DNA of 64,000 nucleotides. Origin: the human T2T-CHM13v2.0 reference genome, Homo sapiens. Positions 1-12,510 of the stretch are shown one piece after another; position 1 is the first letter of the stretch, and the number at the start of each line of letters is the position of its first letter. The notes beneath the pieces were generated by a model. The model searched no databases and was not told where the DNA came from. It saw only the letters and a program-made list of their open reading frames with translations. Where the stretch lies: assembly GCF_009914755.1 (NCBI RefSeq), contig NC_060925.1; one strand, given 5' to 3'. Position numbers and translations under genes: made by a program.

Positions 1-138
1 TAACTGAAAAAGTATTTAAGCCTTTGACTTCCAAACAGACATATACATTAAAAAATTTACATTTAACCTGGAGAATGCATGTTTTTTTCCTTATACTCCT
101 CCCAGTCTTAGGAAGGATTGGGGATAAAAGGAACACTA

Positions 139-500
<362 letters not shown>

Positions 501-1860
501 TTAAAAGCAGGGTTTTCTTGAATTTTATTTTATTGTCTGGAATGTATCCTTAGTATTCCTGTTCATTTTCATAAGAATAGTGATTGCTTTTGAGTTCCAC
601 ATGTACATCAGTGAAGTCTTATTCGTTGGTTAGAATTTGGGGGACAAATACCAAGAAAGGTCATGCATAGTCTTATTTGCTTGTTTGACTTTTGTGGGTA
701 CTTGGACAAATTTGGCAGCTAATTGACTGTAAATTTGAAATATAGTGATTATTCGAGTAACTTAAAAAATTTAAGAGGTTCTTTTATATAATATAGATAA
801 ATTGAATGCTTTTAAAAGTGGGAATTGGCTTTCATTGTCATTCTGCAGTTCTGATAAATGTCTTAGAATGTAGTAGTTTTTATTGTTACTGTACATACTA
901 AGCCTTGTAAAAATAATGCTGTTAAGATTAGGTGTATGTGGTAAAACCTAATCAATTTATATTAAATACGGGGGAGAGTTTAGTTCTAATTACAGGCTTT
1001 AAAAAGTACAGCCTTTTTACGTGATTTAACTGTGTAACTCAAATTAAGTTACGTGTGTAACTTCTAGAGAATAAGCCTTAATATGTATGGAGAATATTTC
1101 TAAGTTACCTATGAAAACATCATAGGCCTCAATATATTAATACATTATAGTTACGTTATTTTTATTACATGACCCTTCTAATGTCTCAAAAATAGCTTTT
1201 TGTCATAATTTGGTAAATATCCAGTCATTGGACTAGTATCTCCTCAATTGGAAAGAACTGTAGTATGTAGGTGTATTTCATTCTAGCCTTTCAGCAAGTG
1301 ATCTGTGGGTAATACTCCAGTTAGCACTCTATTTTTCACACTGGGGTTTTGCTGAATAATTCATTTATAACCATAGCTTTAAGTTAGGTGTTTCTTCTTG
1401 CAAAGCCTATCTTCCTGATAATCAGTGGTTATTCTGTATTTTTAATAAGAAAGAAGCAATGCCATTGTTACAACCAAGTCAGAATGAAGATCTAACCTAC
1501 TTTGGTGATAGAAATACTATTTTCTAGTTTTTTTAGCTTGCTTCTCAGATGACCTACTTTTTTTAGTGGATATCATGGTTTTTACTTCTCATGTTATTTC
1601 TGTAGGATATTTCTGTTTCTTATAACCAAGCTGTTTGTAATAAGCTTCTATGCTAAACTGAAATGATTATTTAATATTTTCATTATGGAAAGTTTAAAAG
1701 TAATTCACAACATAATTATAAGGTCATACATATATGGTACACTACAAAATTTTATTCAGCTTACATTAAAGTAATGACATGATTCTGAGTGAAAGAAATA
1801 TGTCTACATGGTAGTAACTAATAGAGAAAATTACTCTTATAATAAATTAGAATATTCAAA

Positions 1861-2372
1861 GTATGTATTTATGGGGTACAATGTGATGTTTTGATATATG
1901 GATACATTGTGAAATGATTAAATCAAGCCAATTAACATATCAGTCACTTCACCTTTTTTGTGGTGAGAACATTTAAGGTCTATTCTTGGATTAGCAATTT
2001 TGAAATATACAACACATTATTAATAACTGTAGTCACCATGCTGTGCAGCAGATCTCTAAAACTCCTCATCTATCTGAAACTTTGTACCCTTTGCAGTATC
2101 TCCCCTTTTCCTATCCTGCCCCTCTCCATTCCCTTCTTCTCTCCCACCTCTGGTAACCACCATTCTACTCTACATCTGTGAATCTGACTTTTGTAGATTC
2201 CACATACAAGTGAGATCATGCAGTATCTGTCCTTCTGTGTCTGCTTTCTTTCACTTAGCATAATGTCCTCCGGGTTCATCCATGTTGTTGCACATGACAG
2301 AATTTCCTTCTTTTTTTAGACTGCATAGTATTCCACCACATATATTTACTACATTTTCTTTATCCATTTCCA
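1861..2372 (-). mobile_element. L1 3' end fragment (L1MA-type)
   Basis: Antisense L1MA 3'UTR motifs (GGGGTACAATGTGATGTTTTG; GTGGTGAGAACATTTAA; AGATTCCACATACAAGTGAGATCATGCAGTA). The minus ORF resembles the ORF2 C-terminus (EDIMLSE...YCMISL). Confidence 0.8.
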
Positions 2373-2379
2373 CCATGTG

Positions 2380-2960
2380 CCATTATCTTTTAAAGTTAAA
2401 CATGCACTTGCCCCATAAACCCAGCTGTTCTCCTCGGAATACATTTAGAAGAAAGGCACGCACAGCACACATGTGGGAAACAGAGACATATGTTATATAA
2501 AAAGGTTCATAGCAAAATTAGTCACAGCAAACCCAAATCAATCCAAATGTTTATGAACAATAGAATTGAAATTTATGCATATGTATGCATGAATATATGT
2601 GTATATATGTATATTTATACACAATGGAATTCTATATGGAAATGAAAAGGAATGAGCCACAACTACAAGTAATAAAATAGTTTGATCTTACCAACCTAAT
2701 ATTGAAAGAAGTAGGACTCAAAAATGCCCACTTAACAATTCCACTTGTATAAATTTTTTAAGCAGACAAAACCAAGCTGTAATGATAGCACTCAGGGGAT
2801 TAGGTACTTCTGGGGCACAAAGTAGTGCCTAGGAAGATGAGTAAAGGGCTCCTGGAATGCCAGCAAAGTTCTGGTTCTTGCCTTGGTTTTTAGCAACTCG
2901 GGTGCTTACTTTGTGACAATTACATGAAAGTTTTATATATTAGTGCACTTTTCTGTATTT
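2380..2960 (+). mobile_element. Old L1 (L1ME-type) 3' fragment
   Basis: Degenerate motifs such as ATACACAATGGAAT, GAAAAGGAATGAG and GTGCACTTTTCTGTAT. Confidence 0.55.
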
Positions 2961-3548
2961 TTGGTTTTTGGCCCAATAAGTAGAGATTTTTAAAAAAAGA
3001 AACATTACGAAAGACTCTTTCCAAAAAAGAATAATCAAAATATTTTTTAAAGTTAAGTTTGTTTTTATCATACTATTAAATTTGTTTTACAAATTTATAA
3101 TAGTGGGTTGTTGGAGAATATATAATGTGAGCATATATGATAAAATATAAATAGTAACTTTACAGGATTGACCTTTCAATAACTTAACCTGTGTATGTTA
3201 AGGCTCAGATACAAAAGTGGGTCCTCTCTTACAGTCTTTCCTTCTAGACGATGTGAAGAGATGCTTGGGAAATATTGATGTGATTTCTGCTGTTGAGAAG
3301 CTTGCCATTCAAAATCACATACTTGAATGAAGTGTCTTCATTCCGAGACTTCCTAAGACCTAATTTCTGGGTTGTTCCAGAAAATTCTGATATTAGGCTA
3401 TAATATTCATTTAGTTAAGTATAAAGAGAAGAGTTAGGGAAACTTTTTTTGAGGTCACTTTTAGGTGCTAATTTAAAATGATTCTTTGTAACAGTCAGAT
3501 TCATGCTACTTTCTATGTTTTTAACTTCCCATAAACTTTTTTTAATAG

Positions 3549-3596
3549 GTGGAGAGAGAACCTGTGGAGTACATGAACTTATCTGTATTAGAAAAG
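3549..3596 (+). CDS. SYT14: Synaptotagmin-14 second coding exon (48 nt, phase 1-1), (G)GERTCGVHELICIRK
   Basis: Acceptor AAACTTTTTTTAATAG|G and consensus donor AAG|GTAAGT. The translation matches my recollection of the SYT14 N-terminus MAIEG-GERTCGVHELICIRK-VSPEAVGF. The T-rich + strand is consistent with a + strand gene. Confidence 0.92.
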
Positions 3597-3894
3597 GTAA
3601 GTCATTGCTCTGCATGGCTATTTACATACTAAATGAATACTTCCAAAGTGTATAATAGATTTTAGTAGGATGGCGGATAATTTGTATTTATGAAGTGTAA
3701 ATTTTAGTAAATATTAACATTTGTCTTACAGACTTAAGCATTAGTAAAGTGCATATTACTTATTATGTGATTATTGAGAGTTGTTGCTTTATATTTAGTT
3801 TTGATGGGCTAATAAAGCCTGGTTTCTAGCATATTGGTTGTTAGACATGGTGAAGAGGCAAAGAATGGAGGGTTTGATTTTTGTTCCCTTTCAG

Positions 3895-4099
3895 AATCTG
3901 GAATCTGAGTGCATGCTGATCTCCCATTGACTTCTGTTCTATTACTGTACCCCATCAGAGAGATGTGAGGAGTTGGTTGAAATTCAAATCGGGAACATAT
4001 CCAAAGACCACAACATCCTTTGACACCAACAACTGTCTATGCTTCCTTAGAAGGAGCCACCTGACAACTGGGTGGTTCAACAAAGTGGCCCCAGGAAAG
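3895..4099 (+). other. SYT14: Candidate alternative 205-nt cassette exon of SYT14 (stop-containing or 5'UTR-type)
   Basis: Strong acceptor TTTTTGTTCCCTTTCAG|A and donor AAG|GTAATT. Contains in-frame stops for both frames entering from exon 3549-3596. Confidence 0.55.
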
Positions 4100-5506
4100 G
4101 TAATTCAGTTACTAGGTGGGAGGCAAGGAATCAGGTATTCTCTAGATTTGGAAGAATCAGGAGAACCTTGGGAGTCCCCACAACTCCTTATAAGTAATCA
4201 CAAATCTATGAAATCATATGAAGGAAAGATATTCCTGGGGAGGTCAGGGGAAGAAATCCTCATAAATTTACTACTCTTGTCTCTTTTTAAACTTGGGGCA
4301 CTTTCTTTTCTTGCATCTCTCTTCAGACTCACTTGGCCCTCCTGAGTCTAGCCAACTAACAGCACTCCTCCCATCCCTAATATTTCACTTTAAGGAAGTT
4401 TGGAGCAGTGTCATTATTTGTGATACCTGGGTATGAGAGGCATGGCAGGAAAATATCAGCATGTTTTCAGTAAGTCTTTAACAGCTCTGAAAAGCCTCAG
4501 CTTCTTTAGACTTGAAAAAATTTTTAATCCTTTTTAGGTGAATTTATGTGACTATTGTTGACATGGTCATACTAGTTTATCTGTGAGTCATTGCATACAA
4601 TTGCTGTTCATTTAAAATCTTCTTCCTTTATTAAAGTATAGTTTTTCCATATACCTTTCCTCTAGTACCACAAAGGAGGAAATTGAAGTGAGTTTCATGA
4701 AATCTCAAATTTAGGATTGTGATTCTCATGCTATAACTATTGTTGATTTGTGCTTCTTACCTAAAATGGAGGTAGGGGATAGACAAATTTATGCATTGTT
4801 TTATTTCTCTACATAAACATTTGTAGTTTTCTGCTGTATACATAAATCCAGAATTACTAAAAATGTTTGAAATAATTTTATAGTTATTATCCAGTCCCAC
4901 TAAAACTTTTTAAAACTTTTAATTTGCTGGGATAGCCAAAGACACAGTAAAGCTTAGTTGGAGTCAAAAGCTATTAAAGGTGTGGTCAGGTGAAAAGAGA
5001 ATCAAAACAAGAGTAGAGACAGCTAGAAGCAAGAAAAGGAAAATGTTTAGAGGGTCTTTTGTGGCTACAAAGGGAGCAGAAAGCTACAATGGAGAAAATT
5101 AGATAAGGATAGAGGATGGTGTGAATATATCTTTTTTTTTCATGGCTTTTTTATTGTTGTTGTTCTTTATTGCTGTCTCTATTCCTATCCGGGTAGTTCT
5201 CAAAGTATGCTTTGCCCAGATTTCTCTATATTAGTCTAGCTTTTTTGCTGTCTTCCGTTTATCTACAGAATTTTAATTCTGCATTTAAAAATTTATTCAC
5301 ACCATAGGCATGAAGTGGAAAAGTATCTGAATCTCTGTTTATCCTCTCAGCATTCAGTACAGTGAATATTTCATAAGTATTTGAATATTTTTGGAATTAA
5401 TGCTCTGAGCTAAAGCTTTTTGCATTTTATCCTAGACTTCCATAGAGTAGATCATATGAAAGTTATGTAGAGTAATTATAATTAGTATCAATGATTATTC
5501 TAATGA

Positions 5507-5846
<340 letters not shown>

Positions 5847-5889
5847 GACATCACAACTTCTTTTTACCTCTTTGACTGTTTCTGTCTCT

Positions 5890-6560
5890 TTTGCTAGCCT
5901 CTCTCCCCTGTCAGACCTCTGATTATATCATGTACCAGGGGTTTGGTCCTGGGCTTACTTCGTTTTTCCATCTTTTACTCTGTTTGATTTTATCTAGTTC
6001 TGTTGTTTTAAATGCCACACAAATTTATAAATCCAGTTCTTGGCTGTCTGAGCTCCCTCATCTTTTATCAAATGAGTTACTTGATGTTTCTATCTGGATG
6101 TCTGTTACAATAACAACTTGACACGTTTAAAATGCAAGTCTTGATTTTCTTACCTGAGCCTATACCTTCCTCAGTTTTCTCCATCTCAGCTAATAAATAG
6201 CACTGTCTACCCAGTTACGCAACTCCTAACTTAAGAATCATCCTGTATTTCCCCATTATTATTGTCCACATTTAATTTATTAGTAAGTTCAATCAGTTCT
6301 ACCTGCAAAGTATATTTTTTAATTTATCCTCTTTTTTTTCATCCTGCTGCTGTCATTGTAGTCTAGTTCTCTGTGTTTTTTCCTAGATCACTGTCATAGT
6401 TTTCTAACTGGTTTCCCTACTTGGCATTTTTATCTCCTTTCACTAAGTATTAGTGATTTTCAAAAATGTAAATCAGGCCAACCACTTTGCTTGTTGAAAT
6501 TTTTCTATGGATTCTCATTATACCTCAAATAAAAGTATCTTACCCTGATCTACAAAGACA
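5890..6560 (+). mobile_element. L2 LINE fragment
   Basis: Typical L2 motifs: TCTGAGCTCC, TATCTGGATGTCT, TTCTCCATCTCAG, CTACCCAGTT, CTAACTGGTTTCCCT, TGTAAATCAG. Confidence 0.7.
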
Positions 6561-6567
6561 TTATAGT

Positions 6568-6730
6568 ATCAACTCGGAGTCCAAAATGTCATCTGAATAT
6601 CATCAGTTCAAAAGTCTCATTATCTAAATCACTTACATTATGTATGGGTGAGACTCTGGGTGTAATCCATTGTGGTTCAAAATTCCTTTCTATCTGTGGA
6701 CCTGTGAAAATAGAAACCAAGTTACCCTCC
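6568..6730 (-). mobile_element. MaLR internal fragment (MLT1-int-like)
   Basis: AGTCCAAAATGTCATCTGAAT...CTATCTGTGGACCTGTGAAAATAGAAACCAAGTTA resembles the MSTA-int segment at about 35985-36060. Confidence 0.5.
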
Positions 6731-7079
6731 TATGCATTTCTTCAAATCTCATTTCCCTAAGTTGTGTTTCAATTTTGGTTAAGTCAGTTTTCAGAACTTA
6801 CATTTTTATAATCAATATTGTTTGCAGTAAAGCCATATTATATCATAATTATATTTCCTTTTTTATATAGTTTTCATCTTAAAATATCCCTTCTTTCAGA
6901 TTGTAAGCACCCATCTTAACTCCTCATTAACCATGGTTCAGAATCCACTTTGATTTCTCTGTCATTCTTATTTTTCTTCTGCTACCACCCTTCCCGCTAT
7001 ATTGAAGTATACGTCTCCTATATCATATATCCCTAGAAAAGATTTTTCTGCTTCCCTAGGAAATAATTAGTCAATATAT

Positions 7080-7490
7080 TGTATTACTCAAGGTACTGTT
7101 AGCTGCTGCACTGAACAAACCCCAAACAAATAATGACTCAAACAGGATAGAGGTTTTTTTCTCTCTTTTGTGAAGTTTAAATCAGGTATTTCTAGTTGCC
7201 ATAGAACACTCCTTCAGCAGTGATTTAGGGATCCAGGCTCCTAGCTTGTGGCTCTGGCATCTTCAGCACATGGCTTTGGAGGTTACTATGTTCATCTTCA
7301 TTAAGCAGGGAGTGTGGGGGAAAAAAAGGGGAAAGGAAGATTGTGTGTAGGAGATTTTTATGGGATAGGCCTGGAAGGAAAGTACATTCCTTAAGATTAC
7401 CATGTCAATAATTCAGTCACAGGGCTACATCTATAGTAACTTCAAAACAGGCTAGGAAGTGTTAGTGAGTCAGTGAGCCCAAGAAGTACA
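7080..7490 (-). mobile_element. MLT1 (K/L-like) MaLR LTR
   Basis: Motifs AACAAACCCCAAA, AGGGATCCAGGCTCC, GGCCTGGAAG, TCAGTCACAGGGC, AGGCTAGGAAGTGT. Confidence 0.6.
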
Positions 7491-8247
7491 GCAACCTATA
7501 GTCTGCCATTTATCAATTAATCTACCCTAATATGAAGTGCTTTCCTTGCCATAGTCTTACATGCTCTATATATGCTAATGGTGACCATCTGGATAAATTT
7601 CTTCTAGAGGCAGGTATATAACTTAAAGGTGTGACTTCAGTGAGAAAATTTAAGGCTAGGTAGAAGGGGAAATTCATATGGAAAGATGTAATAGGGTTGT
7701 TTTGTTTTGTTTTGTTTTGGAGGGGAAGGGGTTGTGAATCCTCTGATTTTGTGATTGTCTTTTTTGTCTCTTAGGACCCTACACCCTTTTTTTTTCATTT
7801 CCCCTTCACCACCCGATTGCTGAAGGGCCTTTTCCCTTCTGCCTTTTTTTCTTCTGCAGAAGCTATGTACAAAGACTGCCTAACTACCCTGTTAAGTTAT
7901 GCTTGAAACTAACTTATGCTGACTGAGTTATGCTGAAAGTAACTCACATGTACTTTCAGAGTTCCTTCCCTGTAGGCTGTGCTGTCATCTACCCAGTTTT
8001 GTTATTGCCGTTGTTAGTATTTTCAGATTTAACATGGACTTTCCTTTCTAACTTTAGCCCCCATTGCTGTCTTCTCTCTTCTCTCTCTCTCGTAGCTTTT
8101 CTCTTCCTTTGTTTACACCAAAGCCTTTCCCTTTTGTTTGGGTGGGGTGGGAGCACGAGAGATTGCACCTTATGATTTGGTAAGTTTTCTGTTTTTACTG
8201 ATGTTTATTTTGAGATATTAGCATTCTCTGTATTCAGATTATTCTGA

Positions 8248-8595
<348 letters not shown>

Positions 8596-8699
8596 TAGAT
8601 TTACTTTTTCCTTCTTGTTGTATCCAGTTTTGGGGAGGTAAAACTGGGAGACATGGAGTTAGGCAGATTCCATTTTTTTCAGATACTCAGAAATGTCTA

Positions 8700-9640
8700 T
8701 GGTATGTTCATGAACAAAAATTTTAATGTTAATTTAGTCTAACTTCTTAATATTTTTTCTTTTCATTCTTTTCTCTTTCTCCCCCTCCTTCCTTCTTTCT
8801 CTCTGTCTTTCTAGTGCTTTTTGAGCTGTTTTGGGGAAATCCTTCCTTAACCCTAAGATCATAGCAATTCCGTTACTTTAAGAGATTTAGTCTTGCTTTT
8901 CATATTTATGTTATTAATCCATCTGAAATTGATTTTTTATATGGTTAAGAACCTAATTTCATTTTTTTAATGGTTAAGTAGTAGTTCCAGCACAATTTAC
9001 TAAGTATTCCAAACATTTCCCACTGAAATGCAGTGCCACCTCTGCTACCTCTGTCGAGTTTTTATCAAGTTGGTCTATTTCTGTTCCATTAATCAATGTA
9101 CCTATTCCCTAACAGTGTCACTATCTTAATTATTGAAGTGTTGTGATTCTTGTTATCTATTAGGACAAATTCTTCTTATTTTTCTTCTTCAGTAATGTTA
9201 TAGCTATTTCTGGGCCTTTGATTTTCCATATAAAGTTCAGAATCAGCTTGTCAAGTTCCTTAAAAAAAAAAAGCCTTTTTGGAATTTTAATAGGAATTAC
9301 ATTGAATCTCTAGATCTATGTGGAGACGATATCTTTAAAATACTGAGATTTCTTATTCTTGAACATGGTGTATCTTTGCATTTGTTTAATGCCTTTCAAT
9401 AAGGTTTTGAAAATTCCTCTATAATGATCTTGCATTTTTTTAGATTTATGTTTAGATACCTTATATTTTTTGTTGCTATACTAAATGAAATTCGTTAAGG
9501 GAAATGCAATTAACTTTTCTAAATTAGTGTTATATGTAGCTATGTTGCTAAACTATTTAACTATTTCCATAGATATTTTGGGTTTTCTCAGTAGACAGTT
9601 ATATCATCTTCAAATAATAAGTTTTTTAATCTTTTCTAGT
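8700..9640 (-). mobile_element. Old L1M ORF2 fragment
   Basis: Antisense motifs TTCCAGCACAATTT, TTCTGTTCCATT, AATCAGCTTGTCAAGTTC, ATTGAATCTCTAGATC, GAACATGG. Confidence 0.65.
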
Positions 9641-9747
9641 TATACTTTTTATTTCTTTGGCAGCTTCCTGGGGAAAATAAACAAAATAGAACTAAAAGGA
9701 TACTCTATAATCCTCTTCCAACTGCTTGACTAAGCATGATCTTATAA

Positions 9748-10780
9748 ATGGACAATAACAAGTGTTGGCGAGGATGTGGAGGAATTGGAACTCCCATCTA
9801 TTGCTGGGAATGTAAAATGGTACAGCAACTTTAGAAAACAATTACAAAGTTCCTAAAAAAAAATAGAGTTACCATATAACCCAGCAATTAATACTGCTAG
9901 GCCTATACCCAAGAAAATTGAAAACATATGTTTATAAAAAAATTTGTAGATGAATATTCACAGCAAGATTATTCTTTTTTTAAATTTATTATTATTATTT
10001 TTTTGAGACAGAGTCTCACTCTGTCATCCAGGCTGGAGTGCAGTGGCGTGATCTCAGCTCACTACAACCTCCGCCTCCTGGGTTCAAGTGATTCTCATGC
10101 CTCAGCCTCCTGAGTAGGTGGGACTACAGGTGTGTGCCACCACACCCAGCTAATTTTTTGTATTTTTAGTAGAGATGGGGTTTCACCACATTGGCCAGGC
10201 TGGTCTCAAACTCCTGAGCTCAGGCAATCTGCCCGCCTTGGCCTCCCAAACTGTTGAGATTACAGGCGTGAGCCACCACACCCGGCCTGGCAACGTTATT
10301 CTTGATAGCCAAAAGGGAAACAACCTAAATATCCATCAACTGATGAATGAATTAAATAAAATGTGGCATATTGACACAGTGGAATATTATTCATCCACCA
10401 GAATAAATGAATTATTGATACAAGCTACAACATTGGTGAACCTTGCCAACAGAGAAAGAAACCAGACATAAAAATTGTTTCACTCGCAAACAGTGAAAGA
10501 AACCAGACACAAAAGGCCACATATCATGTATATAGGATTTCATTCATATGAAATGTGTAGAATAGACAAATCTATAGAGACAGAACATAGATTAGTAGTT
10601 GCCAGGGCTAGGGGAGGGGAGAATAGGGAGTTACTACTAATAGGTATGGGTTTTTCTGGGGAGTGATGAAAATATTCTGAAATTAGATAGTGGTTGCACA
10701 ACTCTATGAATATATTACAGAACACTGAATTATGCACTTTGGTGAATGTTGTGGCATATGTGTTTTATCTCAATAAAAAA
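9748..10780 (+). mobile_element. L1MB-type 3' end, interrupted by an Alu
   Basis: AATAACAAGTGTTGGCGAGGATGTGGAG...GTAAAATGGTACAGC...AGATTAGTAGTTGCCAGGG...CTCAATAAAAAA. Confidence 0.8.
9977..10287 (-). mobile_element. AluSx-like
   Basis: Antisense Alu with TSD GCAA(GA/CG)TTATTCTT at 9963 and 10290. Confidence 0.92.
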
Positions 10781-12269
10781 AGCGTCTGCTTACATAGTGA
10801 GTTTTATTCTTAACCAGCTCCTCTTTTTATGCAAAAGTTTCCATTACCTGAAATTCTATTCCTTTGATATTTATTACTTTAGATTTTTTATGTCTTTATG
10901 AACCTAAATTAAAATAATGATATGCCTGAGACAGGTGAATGTATATACTAATATATGTTAATATGTCCAAGTCATATTAACCTGGAGGGTGGTTTGTAGT
11001 TTTATGGCACAGGACTCTCTATTGTCCTGGCCTATTAGTATTTTTATATACTAAATCTATCTTTATGGCATTACTTTATTGGGTATTCACAAATCAACAT
11101 GTAATATCCCAGTATGAATGGCAGTCTGTTTTTGGAAATTGTAGAAAAAAGTCTCTGTAGTGGTTAGAGAATAGGAGATGATCAGTGGTTAACTTTGTTT
11201 TTTCAATTTAGGAAAAATAAATATATGCCTTTTTTTAAACATTGAAAATAAAAATGACTTTACTGAATCCATTGGGAAGATGTATAGAATGTTTAAATTT
11301 ATTACCTTCCATGTTTTTCCTTGACTAGAAGGAAGTCACTTATTTAAACCACTAAAATATAAATATCTGAGCATATTTGAGAAATAGTAGCAAAAAACAG
11401 CTTTCCAATCTTTTCTCCCATTTGAATCAAAGATTGTCTTGAAGCTAGGTTGGCCACCTGTGGTTTTTTGAATGCTGCTCATCACTAGTCTAGGTAGCCT
11501 TTCAAATATGATCCGAAATAATAAACCTCATCAATTAACATCTTAAAGTGAGTAGTTGTAACTCATCTGAGAGCAAAGGCTTGTATGATTGTTGACATAG
11601 GATGTGCATGGTAGTGGTAGGTTTACAAATTATGGGGCTACAATAGATATCCTATATCTGTTCAATTCTGATAGTTTCTTATCCTAATACATAACTGTAT
11701 TAGAATAATACACTTATAAGAGAGTACAAGGTGTGAGAGATGAAAATTTGGAGACAACAGGTAGATTACTGTTACTAAAGCTAGGGGAGAGGCTGAACTT
11801 GGTGCTGCTTTTCCAAACTTATGGCAATTAAGGGAATGTTTCTGCATGTGCTGTTCTTTTCCTTTGAGTTGGCTGATGTCACTTTATGGACAAATGGAAA
11901 TCCAGTTAGGTGTTTATATTTTACTGTCTACACCCTCGGATTCTCCCTTTTTGCTGGGTAGACAGATTTGTGCTTTCTTTCTCTTCCCCCTCAAGTGCAT
12001 CGTGGGCTCTTCCTTCTTTTGGTAGTGTTTCAGTTATTTCTTTTGGGAACATAGTAGAAAAGTGTCTGAAATGTAGGTGACAATTTTTCATGTAGAATTT
12101 GTGAAGGTGTAGAACTATATTCTGACTTTTTGGGGGCTGGGATAGGTACAGATTTCTTGCTTAGTGACCAAACTTGACTTTCAAGGCTTTTATAGTTCTA
12201 ATTGTCCAGAGTAGAAGAACAATAAAGTAACTTTTCTTTTTTCTAGTATTTATTAGAGCTAGTATTTAG

Positions 12270-12510
12270 TAGAAAGAGTACATGATTATGAAATAAGGAG
12301 ATATGGATTAAGTTTCCCAATTTGCTTCATCCAGGCTGGGTAACTAAAGTCATTAAATTCTTTGAGTCTCAGTTTCCCCCTCTGTAAAATGGTGACATTA
12401 TTAAGGCTTATCTGTACTAATCTCACAAGACTTCTCTGAGGATCAAGTGAAATAAAGTGTATGAAACCCTTTGTAGTCAGTAAACTGGTATGTACATATT
12501 ATTATTATCT
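12270..12510 (+). mobile_element. MIR SINE
   Basis: Core TCTTTGAGTCTCAGTTTCCCCCTCTGTAAAATGG...TGAGGATCAAGTGA. Confidence 0.7.

Noticed and set aside
3248-3330. Acceptor TCTTTCCTTCTAG|A followed by an open frame DVKRCLGNIDVISAVEKLAIQNHILE*
   Set aside because: No convincing donor or poly(A) signal nearby and no recognised homology. Plausibly chance.
3965-4345. 126-aa ORF as an independent gene
   Set aside because: GTG start, no recognisable domain, and it runs through a splice donor into intron.
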